Shown: in pieces, positions 45,494 through 54,634 of the stretch
How the letters are laid out: each line of letters begins with the position of its first letter
Numbering within the stretch: position 1 is the stretch's first letter
Origin: Minisyncoccota bacterium
Lineage (GTDB): Bacteria > Patescibacteriota > Minisyncoccia > Phycocordibacterales > Phycocordibacteraceae
Reading direction: 5' to 3'
Length of the DNA stretch: 64,000 nucleotides
NCBI GenBank assembly: GCA_035627595.1
Contig: DASPLK010000002.1
Location: 224,481-288,480, forward strand
Translations under genes and position numbers: made by a program
Notes under the pieces: generated by a model
Told to the model about the DNA's origin: nothing
Database searches by the model: none
The model's input: the letters and a program-made list of their open reading frames with translations, nothing else

Positions 45494-45545
45494 CGTGAAC
45501 CCTTCTCCCATCCTTCATTCTTGACCGTCCTATATATAGTGCGGT

Positions 45546-47933
45546 ATGAGTAGCCTACACATGCCTAAACGACTCCTCATCGTCGAGTCGCCTGCAAAGG
45601 CGCGCACCATACAGCAGTACCTCGGCAAAGAGTACGAGGTGCTCGCTTCTGTGGGCCACGTCCGCGATCTCCCGAAATCCAATAAGGACGCCGTCGACAT
45701 AGAAGGCGGCTTTGTTCCTCGCTACGTTATCTCCTCCGGAAAGCATGACGTCATAGAGCGCATCAAGAAAGCCGCTGGCAAGGTCGATGAGGTGTACCTT
45801 GCGACTGACCCTGACCGCGAAGGTGAGGCTATCGCTTGGCATATTAAGGAAGCGGTGGGGCTCAAAAAGCCACAGCGCGTGGTCTTCCATGAGATTACGA
45901 AGTCCGCGGTCGAGGAGGCGCTTCAGCATCCGCGCGCCATTGATGAGAACCTACGTGAAGCGCAGGAGGCGCGCCGCGTTTTGGATCGCATCGTTGGGTA
46001 CGACCTCTCCGGCCTCATCTGGAAGAAGGTTCGCTACGGCCTTTCGGCCGGACGTGTACAGTCCCCTGCGCTACGTATCCTCGCTGAGCGCGAGCGCGAA
46101 ATTCAAGCGTTCGTACCTGTCACGTACTACGTGCTTGATGCGCTATTCAAAGCAAAGGGCGGACAGTTCCCCGCTTCTTGCGTAGAGGAGCCAACGAACC
46201 AGCAGGAGGCGACACGTATAGTTGAAGAGGGCCAAAAGGCATCCTGGACGATTGACTCTGTCACCGAGCGGAGCGAGGATCGCAACCCGAAGCCGCCGTT
46301 TACAACCTCTACCCTTCAGCAGGCTGCTTCCACACGCCTCGGATTCTCCCCATCGCGCACCATGCGTGCAGCGCAAAAGCTCTACGAGGCCGGACATATC
46401 ACCTACATGCGTACCGACTCTGTAAATCTAGCCAAGGACGCGATCGCGCGCCTGGCGTCTGTCGTTGAGAAGGAGCACGGTAAGGAGTACGTTGAGGTAC
46501 GCGCATACAAGACCAAGAGCAAGAACGCACAGGAAGCCCATGAGGCGGTACGCCCCACTGATCCAGGACGTAAGACCGCAGGTGCGACCGGCGATGAACA
46601 GCAGCTCTACGAGCTCATTCGTACGAGGACGCTTGCCAGCCAGATGGCATCCGCCAAAGTGCTCCGCACGAGCGTGAAAGTAAAGGCAAATGCGGACATA
46701 CCGCTTTTCTCCGCAAACGGTTCCCGCGTCATCTTCGCCGGATGGCTTAAGGAGGATACGCGTGCACGCGGAGAGGATACTGAGCTTCCAAAGCTGACCA
46801 ACGGCGAGACCGTATCTCTTATCTCCCTGGGTGACACCGAAAAGCAGACCGAACCGCCTAACCGCTACACGGAAGCAGGACTCGTGAAGGAGCTCGAGAA
46901 GCGCGGCATCGGACGCCCATCTACCTACGCCTCCATCATGAAAACCATTCAGGACCGCGGGTATGTGGAGAAGACCGGCCGCACACTGACCCCAACCGCG
47001 ACCGGCATGGTGGTATCAGGGTGGCTTGAGGAGCATTTTTCTGAATATATCTCAGATTCCTTTACCGCAGAGATGGAGGACGAACTCGATGAAATCGCAC
47101 GCGGTGAGCGCGGATACGAAGCAACGCTAAAGGACTTCTATGGCCCATTCCAGACCGCAGTGCACGCAAAGGATAATCTTCCTAAAGCAACCTCTTTAGG
47201 CAAGGCGCCAGAAGAATTCCCGTGTCCGTTGTGCGGCGCAACCATGGAATACAAGCTCGGCAGGGGCGGCGTATTCATGAGCTGTACTCGGTACCCCGAG
47301 TGTGAAGGCGCACGCCAGGAGGATGGCACCGAGCTCAAGAGTGATGAACCTTTGGGCATCCACCCGGAGGCTGGTGCCCCGATTTTCATAAAAACAGGAC
47401 GTTTCGGACCGTACGTTGAAATGGAGCTCGCACAAACAGAGGCTCCGGAGCCAGAACTGACGAAGTCAGGCAAGCCGAAGAAGGTGAAGAAGGTGAAGCC
47501 GAACGTTAAGCGCGCGAGCGTACCGCCCGGTACCGACCTTTCCTCTGTCACGCTCGCTGATGCGGTCAAGTATCTTTCGCTTCCACGAGTGGTTGGTAAC
47601 CATCCAGTTTCCGGCAAGCCGATTCTTGCGAACACGGGACGCTTCGGACCGTACGTCGCGCACGAGGGCGAGTTCCGCTCTATTAAGCAAGGTGATCCGT
47701 ATACGATCACGCTTGAGGAAGCGACGAAGCTTATCGATACGCCGAAGCAACCGCCTAAGGGCGTCGATATAGTCCGCGAGATCGGCAAACATCCAAAGAC
47801 TGGTAAGAACCTCACGCTCTACAAGTCCAAAGCCGGACACTTCCTTAAGAAGGGCCTCCGCCGCATATACCTACCTGAGAGCGTTGATCCTGAGGCGCTT
47901 ACGCCAGAGGAGGCTGCTGCATACCTAATGTAA
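45546..47933 (+). CDS. topA: DNA topoisomerase I
   Basis: IVESPAKA, ATDPDREGE, SAGRVQS, ITYMRTDS, GIGRPSTY, Zn ribbon and GRFGPY C-terminal repeats. Confidence 0.97.
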   Translation: MSSLHMPKRLLIVESPAKARTIQQYLGKEYEVLASVGHVRDLPKSNKDAVDIEGGFVPRYVISSGKHDVIERIKKAAGKVDEVYLATDPDREGEAIAWHIKEAVGLKKPQRVVFHEITKSAVEEALQHPRAIDENLREAQEARRVLDRIVGYDLSGLIWKKVRYGLSAGRVQSPALRILAEREREIQAFVPVTYYVLDALFKAKGGQFPASCVEEPTNQQEATRIVEEGQKASWTIDSVTERSEDRNPKPPFTTSTLQQAASTRLGFSPSRTMRAAQKLYEAGHITYMRTDSVNLAKDAIARLASVVEKEHGKEYVEVRAYKTKSKNAQEAHEAVRPTDPGRKTAGATGDEQQLYELIRTRTLASQMASAKVLRTSVKVKANADIPLFSANGSRVIFAGWLKEDTRARGEDTELPKLTNGETVSLISLGDTEKQTEPPNRYTEAGLVKELEKRGIGRPSTYASIMKTIQDRGYVEKTGRTLTPTATGMVVSGWLEEHFSEYISDSFTAEMEDELDEIARGERGYEATLKDFYGPFQTAVHAKDNLPKATSLGKAPEEFPCPLCGATMEYKLGRGGVFMSCTRYPECEGARQEDGTELKSDEPLGIHPEAGAPIFIKTGRFGPYVEMELAQTEAPEPELTKSGKPKKVKKVKPNVKRASVPPGTDLSSVTLADAVKYLSLPRVVGNHPVSGKPILANTGRFGPYVAHEGEFRSIKQGDPYTITLEEATKLIDTPKQPPKGVDIVREIGKHPKTGKNLTLYKSKAGHFLKKGLRRIYLPESVDPEALTPEEAAAYLM

Positions 47934-47981
47934 AGACCGCAGGTTTCCCCGCGGCCGTGTTACAAACTTGTACTGGTACGT

Positions 47982-48155
47982 TTATGCGACCATGAGCGTA
48001 GCTGGCATATTGGCCGAGCACACCTCAACTGGGGTTTGCCGCGGCAACACGCGCCAGGTCTGGCAGTCGCGTTGCGCAGCATCTTGTGCCTCTCTGGTCG
48101 GCTGACCAGAGCAGGGTCGCGGGGCCTTCTTCCCGCACAAAGAACAGACTCTCAT
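47982..48155 (-). CDS. 57-aa Cys-rich orphan protein (not in ORF track)
   Basis: MRVCSLCGKKAPRPCSGQ...DCQTW...; GGGGAG SD 5 nt before ATG; fills the topA-rel gap. Confidence 0.45.
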   Translation of the reverse strand: MRVCSLCGKKAPRPCSGQPTREAQDAAQRDCQTWRVLPRQTPVEVCSANMPATLMVA

Positions 48156-48201
48156 ATCAACTCCCCTTTGCGTTCACGTATTTCGCAAGTATGCTGGTTT
48201 G

Positions 48202-49860
48202 GTGACCACCGTCAAGGAGATTCTTGGGGCAATGCGCGATCCTTCGCCTGAGGACGAAGCTCTCGTGCGCAAAGCCTATGTGTTTGCTGAGAACGCCCAC
48301 AAGGACCACAAACGGTACTCCGGGGAGCCCTATTTCATACACCCTGCTGCAGTCGCCAAATATCTGGCTGAGACTGGCATGGACGCGCAGACGATTGCTG
48401 CAGGACTCTTGCATGACGCAGTAGAAGATACGCCTGTTACAGCCGAAGAGGTCGAGGAATCATTTGGTCCTGAGGTCCGCTTTCTCGTCGATGGCGTTAC
48501 AAAGCTCGGTCAGCACAAGTATAGAGGCGCAGAGCGCCACGCAGAGTCACTGAGGCGCCTTCTGGTAGCGACTTCAGCCGATGTACGCGTGCTTATCGTG
48601 AAGCTCGCCGACCGCTATCACAACATGACGACCCTGGAGCATGTGCCGCCCGAGAAGCAACGTCGCATTGCGCTTGAGACTCTTGAGATATACGCGCCCC
48701 TTGCAGATCGCCTCGGCATAGGACGGCTGAAGAAGGAATTCGAGGATTTGGCATTCCCTGCTATTGACCCTGATGCGTACGCGCACGCGGTTGAGGTTAG
48801 AAAGCTGAAGAGAAAAGAGAATGAGGAAGGACTCGCCAGGGTGCAGAAGGCCCTTCAGCATGCACTGGCGCGCCGCGGTATGCGCGATTTTAAGACGGAG
48901 ATCCGCGTAAAGGGTCTTTGGAGTCTCCATCAGAAGTTGAAGCGCAAGGGAGATGACATAACAAAAATTCACGACATCGCCGCACTGCGCGTCATCGTCA
49001 CTTCCATAGACGACTGTTATCAGGTTCTTGGCGTAGTCCATGCCAACTGGAAACCGCTTCCGGGCGAGTTCAAAGACTACATCGCTTTCCCAAAACCTAA
49101 CGGCTATCAGTCCTTGCATACCACTGTCCTTACGAGCGACGCGGGCGTAGTCGAGATACAGATACGCACCGAAGAAATGCACCAGCGAGCACAGTTCGGT
49201 ATTGCGTCTCATATGTCATATAAGCACCTCGGGAAGCAAATGGAACAGAGGCGTGCAGGCACGCAGAAGCGTGCGTTTGAAAAGGTCTCTATACACTGGA
49301 TTCGTGACCTCATTCCTGGTCTCCTCAACTTCTCTCGCAAACCAGCGCCAAAAGCCAGCAGCGCGCCTTCTACGAAAAAGAAGGCAGAGCAGCCGATGTG
49401 GCTCAATGAACTCGCAGATGCACATATTGCGAGCATAGAGTCAAAGGAATTTGTAGAAGGTCTAAAGGAGGATTTCTTTAGCCATCGCGTATTCGTTTTC
49501 ACTCCGAAAGGCGACGTTATCGACCTGCCCGTACAGTCAACGCCAATTGATTTTGCATACGCGATACACAGCGAGCTTGGCAATCATATGCACGGCGCTA
49601 AGGTAAACGGGAAACTTGTCACGTTCGATACGATGCTCCGGAACGGCGATATTGTGGAAATACTTGAGCGTCAGAACGCACACCCGACCGCAAAATGGCT
49701 CGACTACGCAAGAACCGGCATGGCGCGCCGGCATATCAGAAACGCGATCGAAGCTGAGAGTATAAAGCTAATGCCCCAGGCTGAAGCGAAGATCGCCCTT
49801 GCGGCAAGGAAACCCACGCCAAGAAAACGAAAGAAGACACCCAAGCCAAAGAAAGCATAA
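48202..49860 (+). CDS. RelA/SpoT (p)ppGpp synthetase/hydrolase (HD, SYNTH, TGS; no ACT domain), Lys-rich tail
   Basis: RYSGEPYFIHP, LLHDAVED, KLADRYHNM, KPNGYQSLHT, EIQIRT and TPIDFAYAIHS; GTG start 6 nt after TATGCT. Confidence 0.93.
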   Translation: MTTVKEILGAMRDPSPEDEALVRKAYVFAENAHKDHKRYSGEPYFIHPAAVAKYLAETGMDAQTIAAGLLHDAVEDTPVTAEEVEESFGPEVRFLVDGVTKLGQHKYRGAERHAESLRRLLVATSADVRVLIVKLADRYHNMTTLEHVPPEKQRRIALETLEIYAPLADRLGIGRLKKEFEDLAFPAIDPDAYAHAVEVRKLKRKENEEGLARVQKALQHALARRGMRDFKTEIRVKGLWSLHQKLKRKGDDITKIHDIAALRVIVTSIDDCYQVLGVVHANWKPLPGEFKDYIAFPKPNGYQSLHTTVLTSDAGVVEIQIRTEEMHQRAQFGIASHMSYKHLGKQMEQRRAGTQKRAFEKVSIHWIRDLIPGLLNFSRKPAPKASSAPSTKKKAEQPMWLNELADAHIASIESKEFVEGLKEDFFSHRVFVFTPKGDVIDLPVQSTPIDFAYAIHSELGNHMHGAKVNGKLVTFDTMLRNGDIVEILERQNAHPTAKWLDYARTGMARRHIRNAIEAESIKLMPQAEAKIALAARKPTPRKRKKTPKPKKA

Positions 49861-49887
49861 AGCCCGGATCTAGATGGTCCGGGCTTT
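49859..49887. terminator. Bidirectional terminator-like hairpin
   Basis: AAAGCCCGGATC-tagat-GGTCCGGGCTTT between convergent genes. Confidence 0.7.
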
Positions 49888-49893
49888 CGCCTT

Positions 49894-50205
49894 TTAGGCA
49901 GATTGTTTGCAGGAGTTGAGGTATGTGGCGAGTGAGAACAAGAAGTCCTCATGCCGCTCACGCTTTAGGTGCGTAGGTTCGACAGGATTATTCCCGGTCG
50001 CGGCATAGTCCTCGATTCGGCGCTGGACCTTCCGCTGCTGGCTCTCGTTCGTAACCGAACAAGGGTTCACCAGCTCCAAAAGCTCCTCGCAGATCTGAAC
50101 CTGGATCGTAAGCAACTTCTTACGCGCGCGAGGTTCGTCCTTCTCCGCAGAGAATAAGTCTCGTAGCTCTTTGAGCCACGTCTGTGTATTTATGCTATGG
50201 CGCAT
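49894..50205 (-). CDS. Orphan hypothetical protein (103 aa)
   Basis: AAGGAGGT SD before ATG; TTGACC-N17-CATAGT upstream. Confidence 0.65.
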   Translation of the reverse strand: MRHSINTQTWLKELRDLFSAEKDEPRARKKLLTIQVQICEELLELVNPCSVTNESQQRKVQRRIEDYAATGNNPVEPTHLKRERHEDFLFSLATYLNSCKQSA

Positions 50206-50251
50206 GGTGCACCTCCTTCCGGGAGCACTATGCGCTACTAATTATGTGTGG

Positions 50252-51220
50252 TCAAACCGCGAAATCCTTTACAGAATATAGGTCCTCTTCGGGTTCGCTG
50301 TCACTAACAAGACTTGTATTGGGGTACACCGTCGGGATAGGCTCCTCTACCGCCTTTTCCTCAGAAAGCGTTGTCATGCCCTGTTGGGTCGCGATTGAAG
50401 CTGCAATGTGGGTCAAGTCCTCCGGAGAGAAGAACTCGATAAGGACACGTCCGCCGTTAGGGCGGTTCTCGATGATGACGCGCGTGCCCAGAGTTTCGGT
50501 GAGAGATTTCTCTAGCTCCATCATCTCAGGCGTCTTGTCCTTCTTCCTGATTTTGTCGGTCGCGATACGACGCGCAAGCTGCTCAACGACGCGCACGGAA
50601 GTCTTCTTCAAGACAATGTCCTTAAACAGCGTGTGCTGCTCTTCCGGCTTATCAGAAAGCATAAGGAGCGCGCGTGCGTGTCCCTCGGTGAGGTCTTTGT
50701 TGACGACAGACTGCTGTATTTCTTCAGGAAGCGCGAGAAGGCGAATAGAGTTAGAAACGTACTCACGCGAGCGTCCAACTTTGGCGCCAATCTCTCCATG
50801 CGAAAGTCCGAACTCACTCGCCAGCTGCGACAGAGAGCGTGCGCGATCGATGGCATTAAGATCCTCGCGCTGAAGGTTCTCCACGATCGCAAGCTCGAGC
50901 TTCATATGATCGGTCTGCTCTCCCTGACGGATGACTACCGGAACCTCCTTGAGGCCTGCGAGCTTGGAAGCGCGTAGGCGGCGTTCGCCGGCGATGAGCT
51001 CATAGGAGCTGGAGAGGCCGCCATCGGGACGCTCCTGGTCCTTACGCGTAACTACCAAAGGCTGCAACACGCCGTACTGGCGTATGGAATCAGCAAGCGC
51101 TTTCAACCGCTCTTCATCAAATTCCTTTCTAGGCTGGAAAGGGTTCGGATGGATCTTATCGACCTCAATCCAGAAAATAGAGTCGTACTTAGTCGGCTCT
51201 GCGAATTTCACCTCGTTCAT
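50252..51220 (-). CDS. parB: ParB/Spo0J partition protein
   Basis: PNPFQPRK, GVLQP, IAGERRLRA and ENLQREDLNAI, followed by an HTH. Confidence 0.95.
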   Translation of the reverse strand: MNEVKFAEPTKYDSIFWIEVDKIHPNPFQPRKEFDEERLKALADSIRQYGVLQPLVVTRKDQERPDGGLSSSYELIAGERRLRASKLAGLKEVPVVIRQGEQTDHMKLELAIVENLQREDLNAIDRARSLSQLASEFGLSHGEIGAKVGRSREYVSNSIRLLALPEEIQQSVVNKDLTEGHARALLMLSDKPEEQHTLFKDIVLKKTSVRVVEQLARRIATDKIRKKDKTPEMMELEKSLTETLGTRVIIENRPNGGRVLIEFFSPEDLTHIAASIATQQGMTTLSEEKAVEEPIPTVYPNTSLVSDSEPEEDLYSVKDFAV

Positions 51221-51287
51221 AAATCGTAGTGTACCACTTCCCCTGCCTTTGCAGGCAGCGTTTTGGTGGAGTAGGATGCGGATATAC

Positions 51288-51372
51288 GCCGGAGTGGTGG
51301 AATGGTATACACGGTGGATTCAAAACCCGCTGCCCTCGTGGCTTGAGAGTTCGAGTCTCTCCTCCGGCACCA
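51288..51372 (+). tRNA. tRNA-Leu(CAA)
   Basis: GCCGGAG...TTCAAAA anticodon loop, long variable arm, GTTCGAGT T-loop and encoded CCA. Confidence 0.92.
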
Positions 51373-51394
51373 ACTAGTGCTAGAATACGCGCAT

Positions 51395-52300
51395 ATGGCA
51401 CGTGCGTACGCTCTTGGCATCCTTTCATTTTTACTCCTGCTTCCGGGCACCACTTTCGCTGCGCCCGTGGATGATGTCGCCGCTGCGACCGTGAATGTGT
51501 ATTGCACGTACAAATCGGGCAGCAGAACCTATAGCACGACCGGAAGTGGATTCTTCATCGACTCCCGCGGCATCATCATGACAAATGCGCATGTTGCGGT
51601 GCCATTTCTCCTTACTGATAAGAAGGGCAAGACATTGAGCGACTGTGATATCCGCACCGGCTCCCCTGCTAAGGACCGCTATGAAGCGCGTGTACTCTAC
51701 ATCTCCCCTGAATGGCTTGAAGAGAATGTTGAGGAACTTAAGAAGGGCCGTCCTAGAGGCACGGGCGAGGGAGACTTCGCGCTTCTTCAGGTAACTGCTG
51801 CGGTAAAGGGCAGTCTGCCAACTTCATTCGCTTCAATACCGGTTGCACTTTCAGGAAACGTGCTCGAGGGTGATACGCTCATTGCCGCCGGCTACCCTGC
51901 CGAAAAGCTTAGCTTTAAGGAAGTACAGAAGAAGCTGAAGCTTGAGACCACCGCGCCAACGCTTACGAGCGTCCGCTACTACGTTCGCCCGTATGCGGAC
52001 CTCATCGTGCTCTCCCCAAGCAAGCTAAGCGCGAGCGGTGCCTCTGGAGGACCTATTGCAACTGCAGATGGGCGTGCGATCGCTATAACAACCGCAGTAG
52101 AGGAGAAGAAGAATCAGGATGAGCGCAGCTTACGCGCTATCACCCTCTCTTATGTAGACCGCGTACTATTGCTTGATGTGGGGAAGCCGCTTTCCCTCAT
52201 GCTACTTTCAGACCTTGAGCCGCTAGTAGCGCGCACCAGCGCCTCACTCTCAGAAGATCTCCTGACGAGCCTGCGAAAGGCGCTTTTGAAGCGAAGATAG
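51395..52300 (+). CDS. Secreted trypsin-like (S1) serine protease
   Basis: Signal peptide; GSGFFI, TNAH, DFALL and GASGGP triad motifs. Confidence 0.88.
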   Translation: MARAYALGILSFLLLLPGTTFAAPVDDVAAATVNVYCTYKSGSRTYSTTGSGFFIDSRGIIMTNAHVAVPFLLTDKKGKTLSDCDIRTGSPAKDRYEARVLYISPEWLEENVEELKKGRPRGTGEGDFALLQVTAAVKGSLPTSFASIPVALSGNVLEGDTLIAAGYPAEKLSFKEVQKKLKLETTAPTLTSVRYYVRPYADLIVLSPSKLSASGASGGPIATADGRAIAITTAVEEKKNQDERSLRAITLSYVDRVLLLDVGKPLSLMLLSDLEPLVARTSASLSEDLLTSLRKALLKRR

Positions 52301-53125
52301 ATGGAACCGATCCGTATCGTATGTATCGCTGGTCCCACCGCGTCAGGAAAGTCTGCGCGTGCAGTTGAACGTGCACTGCAGGATGCAGGCGAGATTATCT
52401 CAGTTGATAGCCGCCAGGTGTACCGTACGCTTGATATCGGCACGGAGAAGGTTACGCGTGATGAGATGCGGGGCGTGCCGCATCACCTGATAGATGTACG
52501 CGATCCGAGCGACACGTATAGCGCAGGTGACTTCGTTGAGGACGCGACAAAGTACATAGAGGATATACACGCACGCGGAAAGCTCCCCATCCTCGCGGGC
52601 GGCACGCACTTCTATTTCGACGCACTCTTACACGGACTTCCGCCTCAAACGCCGCCTGATCCGGCATTTCGTGAGGGACTTGAAGCCTACTCGAGTTCGG
52701 AGCTCTATGAGCGCATCCATGAGCTTGACCCTGCACGCGCAGCAATGCTTGATCCGATGAATCGCAGGCGCCTTATACGCGCGCTTGAGATCCTAAACGT
52801 ATATAAAAGCGTGCCGGAACGCATACCGAATGCCCGGTATGAAGTGGAGTGGATCCGCATTGAGCCCGAGCGCGTCGAACTGCGCGCACGTATTGATACA
52901 CGTCTGAAGAATGCCTTTGCGCGAGGCCTGATCGATGAAGTAGAGCGCGTACGCAAAGATGTAGGAGACGAGCGCTTAGAGGAACTCGGACTTGAATATC
53001 GCATCGTGGGCGAGTATCTCAGAGGTGAGCGCGAGGAAAGTACGCTTATGCCTGCCCTATCCGCCAAGCTCTGGCAGTACGCAAAACGCCAGATGATGTG
53101 GCTACGAAAGCTCGCTAGCGCTTAG
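52301..53125 (+). CDS. miaA: tRNA dimethylallyltransferase
   Basis: GPTASGKS, DSRQVY, DIGT.K, PHHLID, GGTHFY, RRLIRALE and YAKRQ. Confidence 0.96.
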   Translation: MEPIRIVCIAGPTASGKSARAVERALQDAGEIISVDSRQVYRTLDIGTEKVTRDEMRGVPHHLIDVRDPSDTYSAGDFVEDATKYIEDIHARGKLPILAGGTHFYFDALLHGLPPQTPPDPAFREGLEAYSSSELYERIHELDPARAAMLDPMNRRRLIRALEILNVYKSVPERIPNARYEVEWIRIEPERVELRARIDTRLKNAFARGLIDEVERVRKDVGDERLEELGLEYRIVGEYLRGEREESTLMPALSAKLWQYAKRQMMWLRKLASA

Positions 53126-54113
53126 GGGGATTACACACGCCATTATTGGTCGTGATATCCCAGTGATCGGATTCGCGCACATATTCGTTGCCGCAGCGAT
53201 CGCGATAACGGGGATCGCTGCCACGACTTCCATCGCGCGTCATTCCCTGGATGTACGCATTGATGCCATCGTTAAGTCCTATATCAATCTTATAGCCATT
53301 GAAGTGACTTAATGGCCCTCCTTCATGACCTATCTCTGTCCCGCCCGTTACGGTCATGGAGCAGTTACACGCTTGCTTGATTGCAATAATTTGGTTGATC
53401 GAGTCCTCGCGTATGGTATCGAGCGACGTGCAAGTTCGATTGTTCTGGTTCGAACAGTTGCCAGAAGAAGAAATTGAGATTCCCGCTGCGCTAAGCCGTG
53501 CCGCTGCGTCCGCATGCGATAGTTCACCTGCGCCTATGACGCCCGGCTCCCCTACGAATCCGTCAGAGTTGCCGCCTGTCGACGGCTGCGCAACAACACC
53601 CGGAAGTGCGTCCGGCGGGTCTGCGATACGGAAGCACATGTTTTCATTGTCTCCAGCTAGGATTTGATGCCATGGACCAAAATTCGCATCGCCCTGCGGA
53701 TCGTAGAGTGTCTTCATTATGAAATCGACGATGAGCCATGCTGAGAGCACGACCAGTATCCCGATGACCACGTTCATAAGCCGCGTCTTTGCCGCTTCAC
53801 GCTGACCGGGACTGCCGGCAGAGGATACGAACATGAAGCCCGTGTACACGATGTAAATAATCGCGAGGATAAATGAGAGCGAAATCGCGAGGTTGATCAG
53901 GTTCTGCATGGTCTGCATCACGCATCCCCAATCCGGCGCACTCGGTATCGAAGCACCACTAGGCGCAAGCTGATCCTCGCATGTACAGTCCGGCTGGCCG
54001 TTTGTGCCGTCTGGAATAATCGGTCCGAAAAAGTTTGCTGCCGCAAAAGTCTGCGGCGTAAACGCAACAAAGAATGCAAGCGAGAGTGCGAGGGCTGTAA
54101 AAATGCGCTTCAT
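53115..54113 (-). CDS. T4SS-pilin-like membrane protein fused to a C-terminal M15/Hedgehog-like Zn peptidase domain
   Basis: Signal peptide plus a two-TM pilin-like core (IVYTGFMFV...REAAK..NVVIG..VVLSAWLIVD); C-terminal SHFNGYKID...HWD Zn-ligand pattern. Confidence 0.7.
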   Translation of the reverse strand: MKRIFTALALSLAFFVAFTPQTFAAANFFGPIIPDGTNGQPDCTCEDQLAPSGASIPSAPDWGCVMQTMQNLINLAISLSFILAIIYIVYTGFMFVSSAGSPGQREAAKTRLMNVVIGILVVLSAWLIVDFIMKTLYDPQGDANFGPWHQILAGDNENMCFRIADPPDALPGVVAQPSTGGNSDGFVGEPGVIGAGELSHADAAARLSAAGISISSSGNCSNQNNRTCTSLDTIREDSINQIIAIKQACNCSMTVTGGTEIGHEGGPLSHFNGYKIDIGLNDGINAYIQGMTRDGSRGSDPRYRDRCGNEYVRESDHWDITTNNGVCNPPKR

Positions 54114-54632
54114 TTAAGGTAGCGGCACTGCGCCGGGACAGAACGAGAGTCCTAGTTCCTTCCCAGCAAACCGTGGTTCAATTGTATCAGCCGTTTGGAC
54201 CGCTATCTTAAGCGAACAGAGGATATCGTCTGCTAGCGGGATGAGCTCTCTGAGCTTCGTCTCAGCGGCAGTTCGTGATGCGCCAAGCGGAGACGCAAGG
54301 AGCCCAATGCTGATCGTACTATCGCTCCCGTATACGATTCCATACCTATGATCTAGCTCAACAAGATCATCGTTCTGTGTGAGATATACGTAGGTGATAC
54401 CCGTGTCCTCCACTTCTACCGACGGATGGCCATACGTAAAATCAGGCACCGTGATTATGCGGTTGGCTTTACTTGTGAGGACGACTGTTGCACCTGAATC
54501 ACGCGGCAATGATGGTATTGTCGGCGTAGTGGTCGCCGTATCTGTCGCGGTTATAGAAACGCGCCACCACCCAAAGCCGGCAAGGCTAACGAAAAGCGCG
54601 ACTATGATGCCAAGTACTACGGGCGTGCGCAT
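54114..54632 (-). CDS. Membrane-anchored hypothetical protein, paralog B (ends LGLSFCPGAVPLP)
   Basis: N-terminal TM; paralogous to 54635-55204; its stop abuts the next start. Confidence 0.8.
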   Translation of the reverse strand: MRTPVVLGIIVALFVSLAGFGWWRVSITATDTATTTPTIPSLPRDSGATVVLTSKANRIITVPDFTYGHPSVEVEDTGITYVYLTQNDDLVELDHRYGIVYGSDSTISIGLLASPLGASRTAAETKLRELIPLADDILCSLKIAVQTADTIEPRFAGKELGLSFCPGAVPLP

Positions 54633-54634
54633 AC

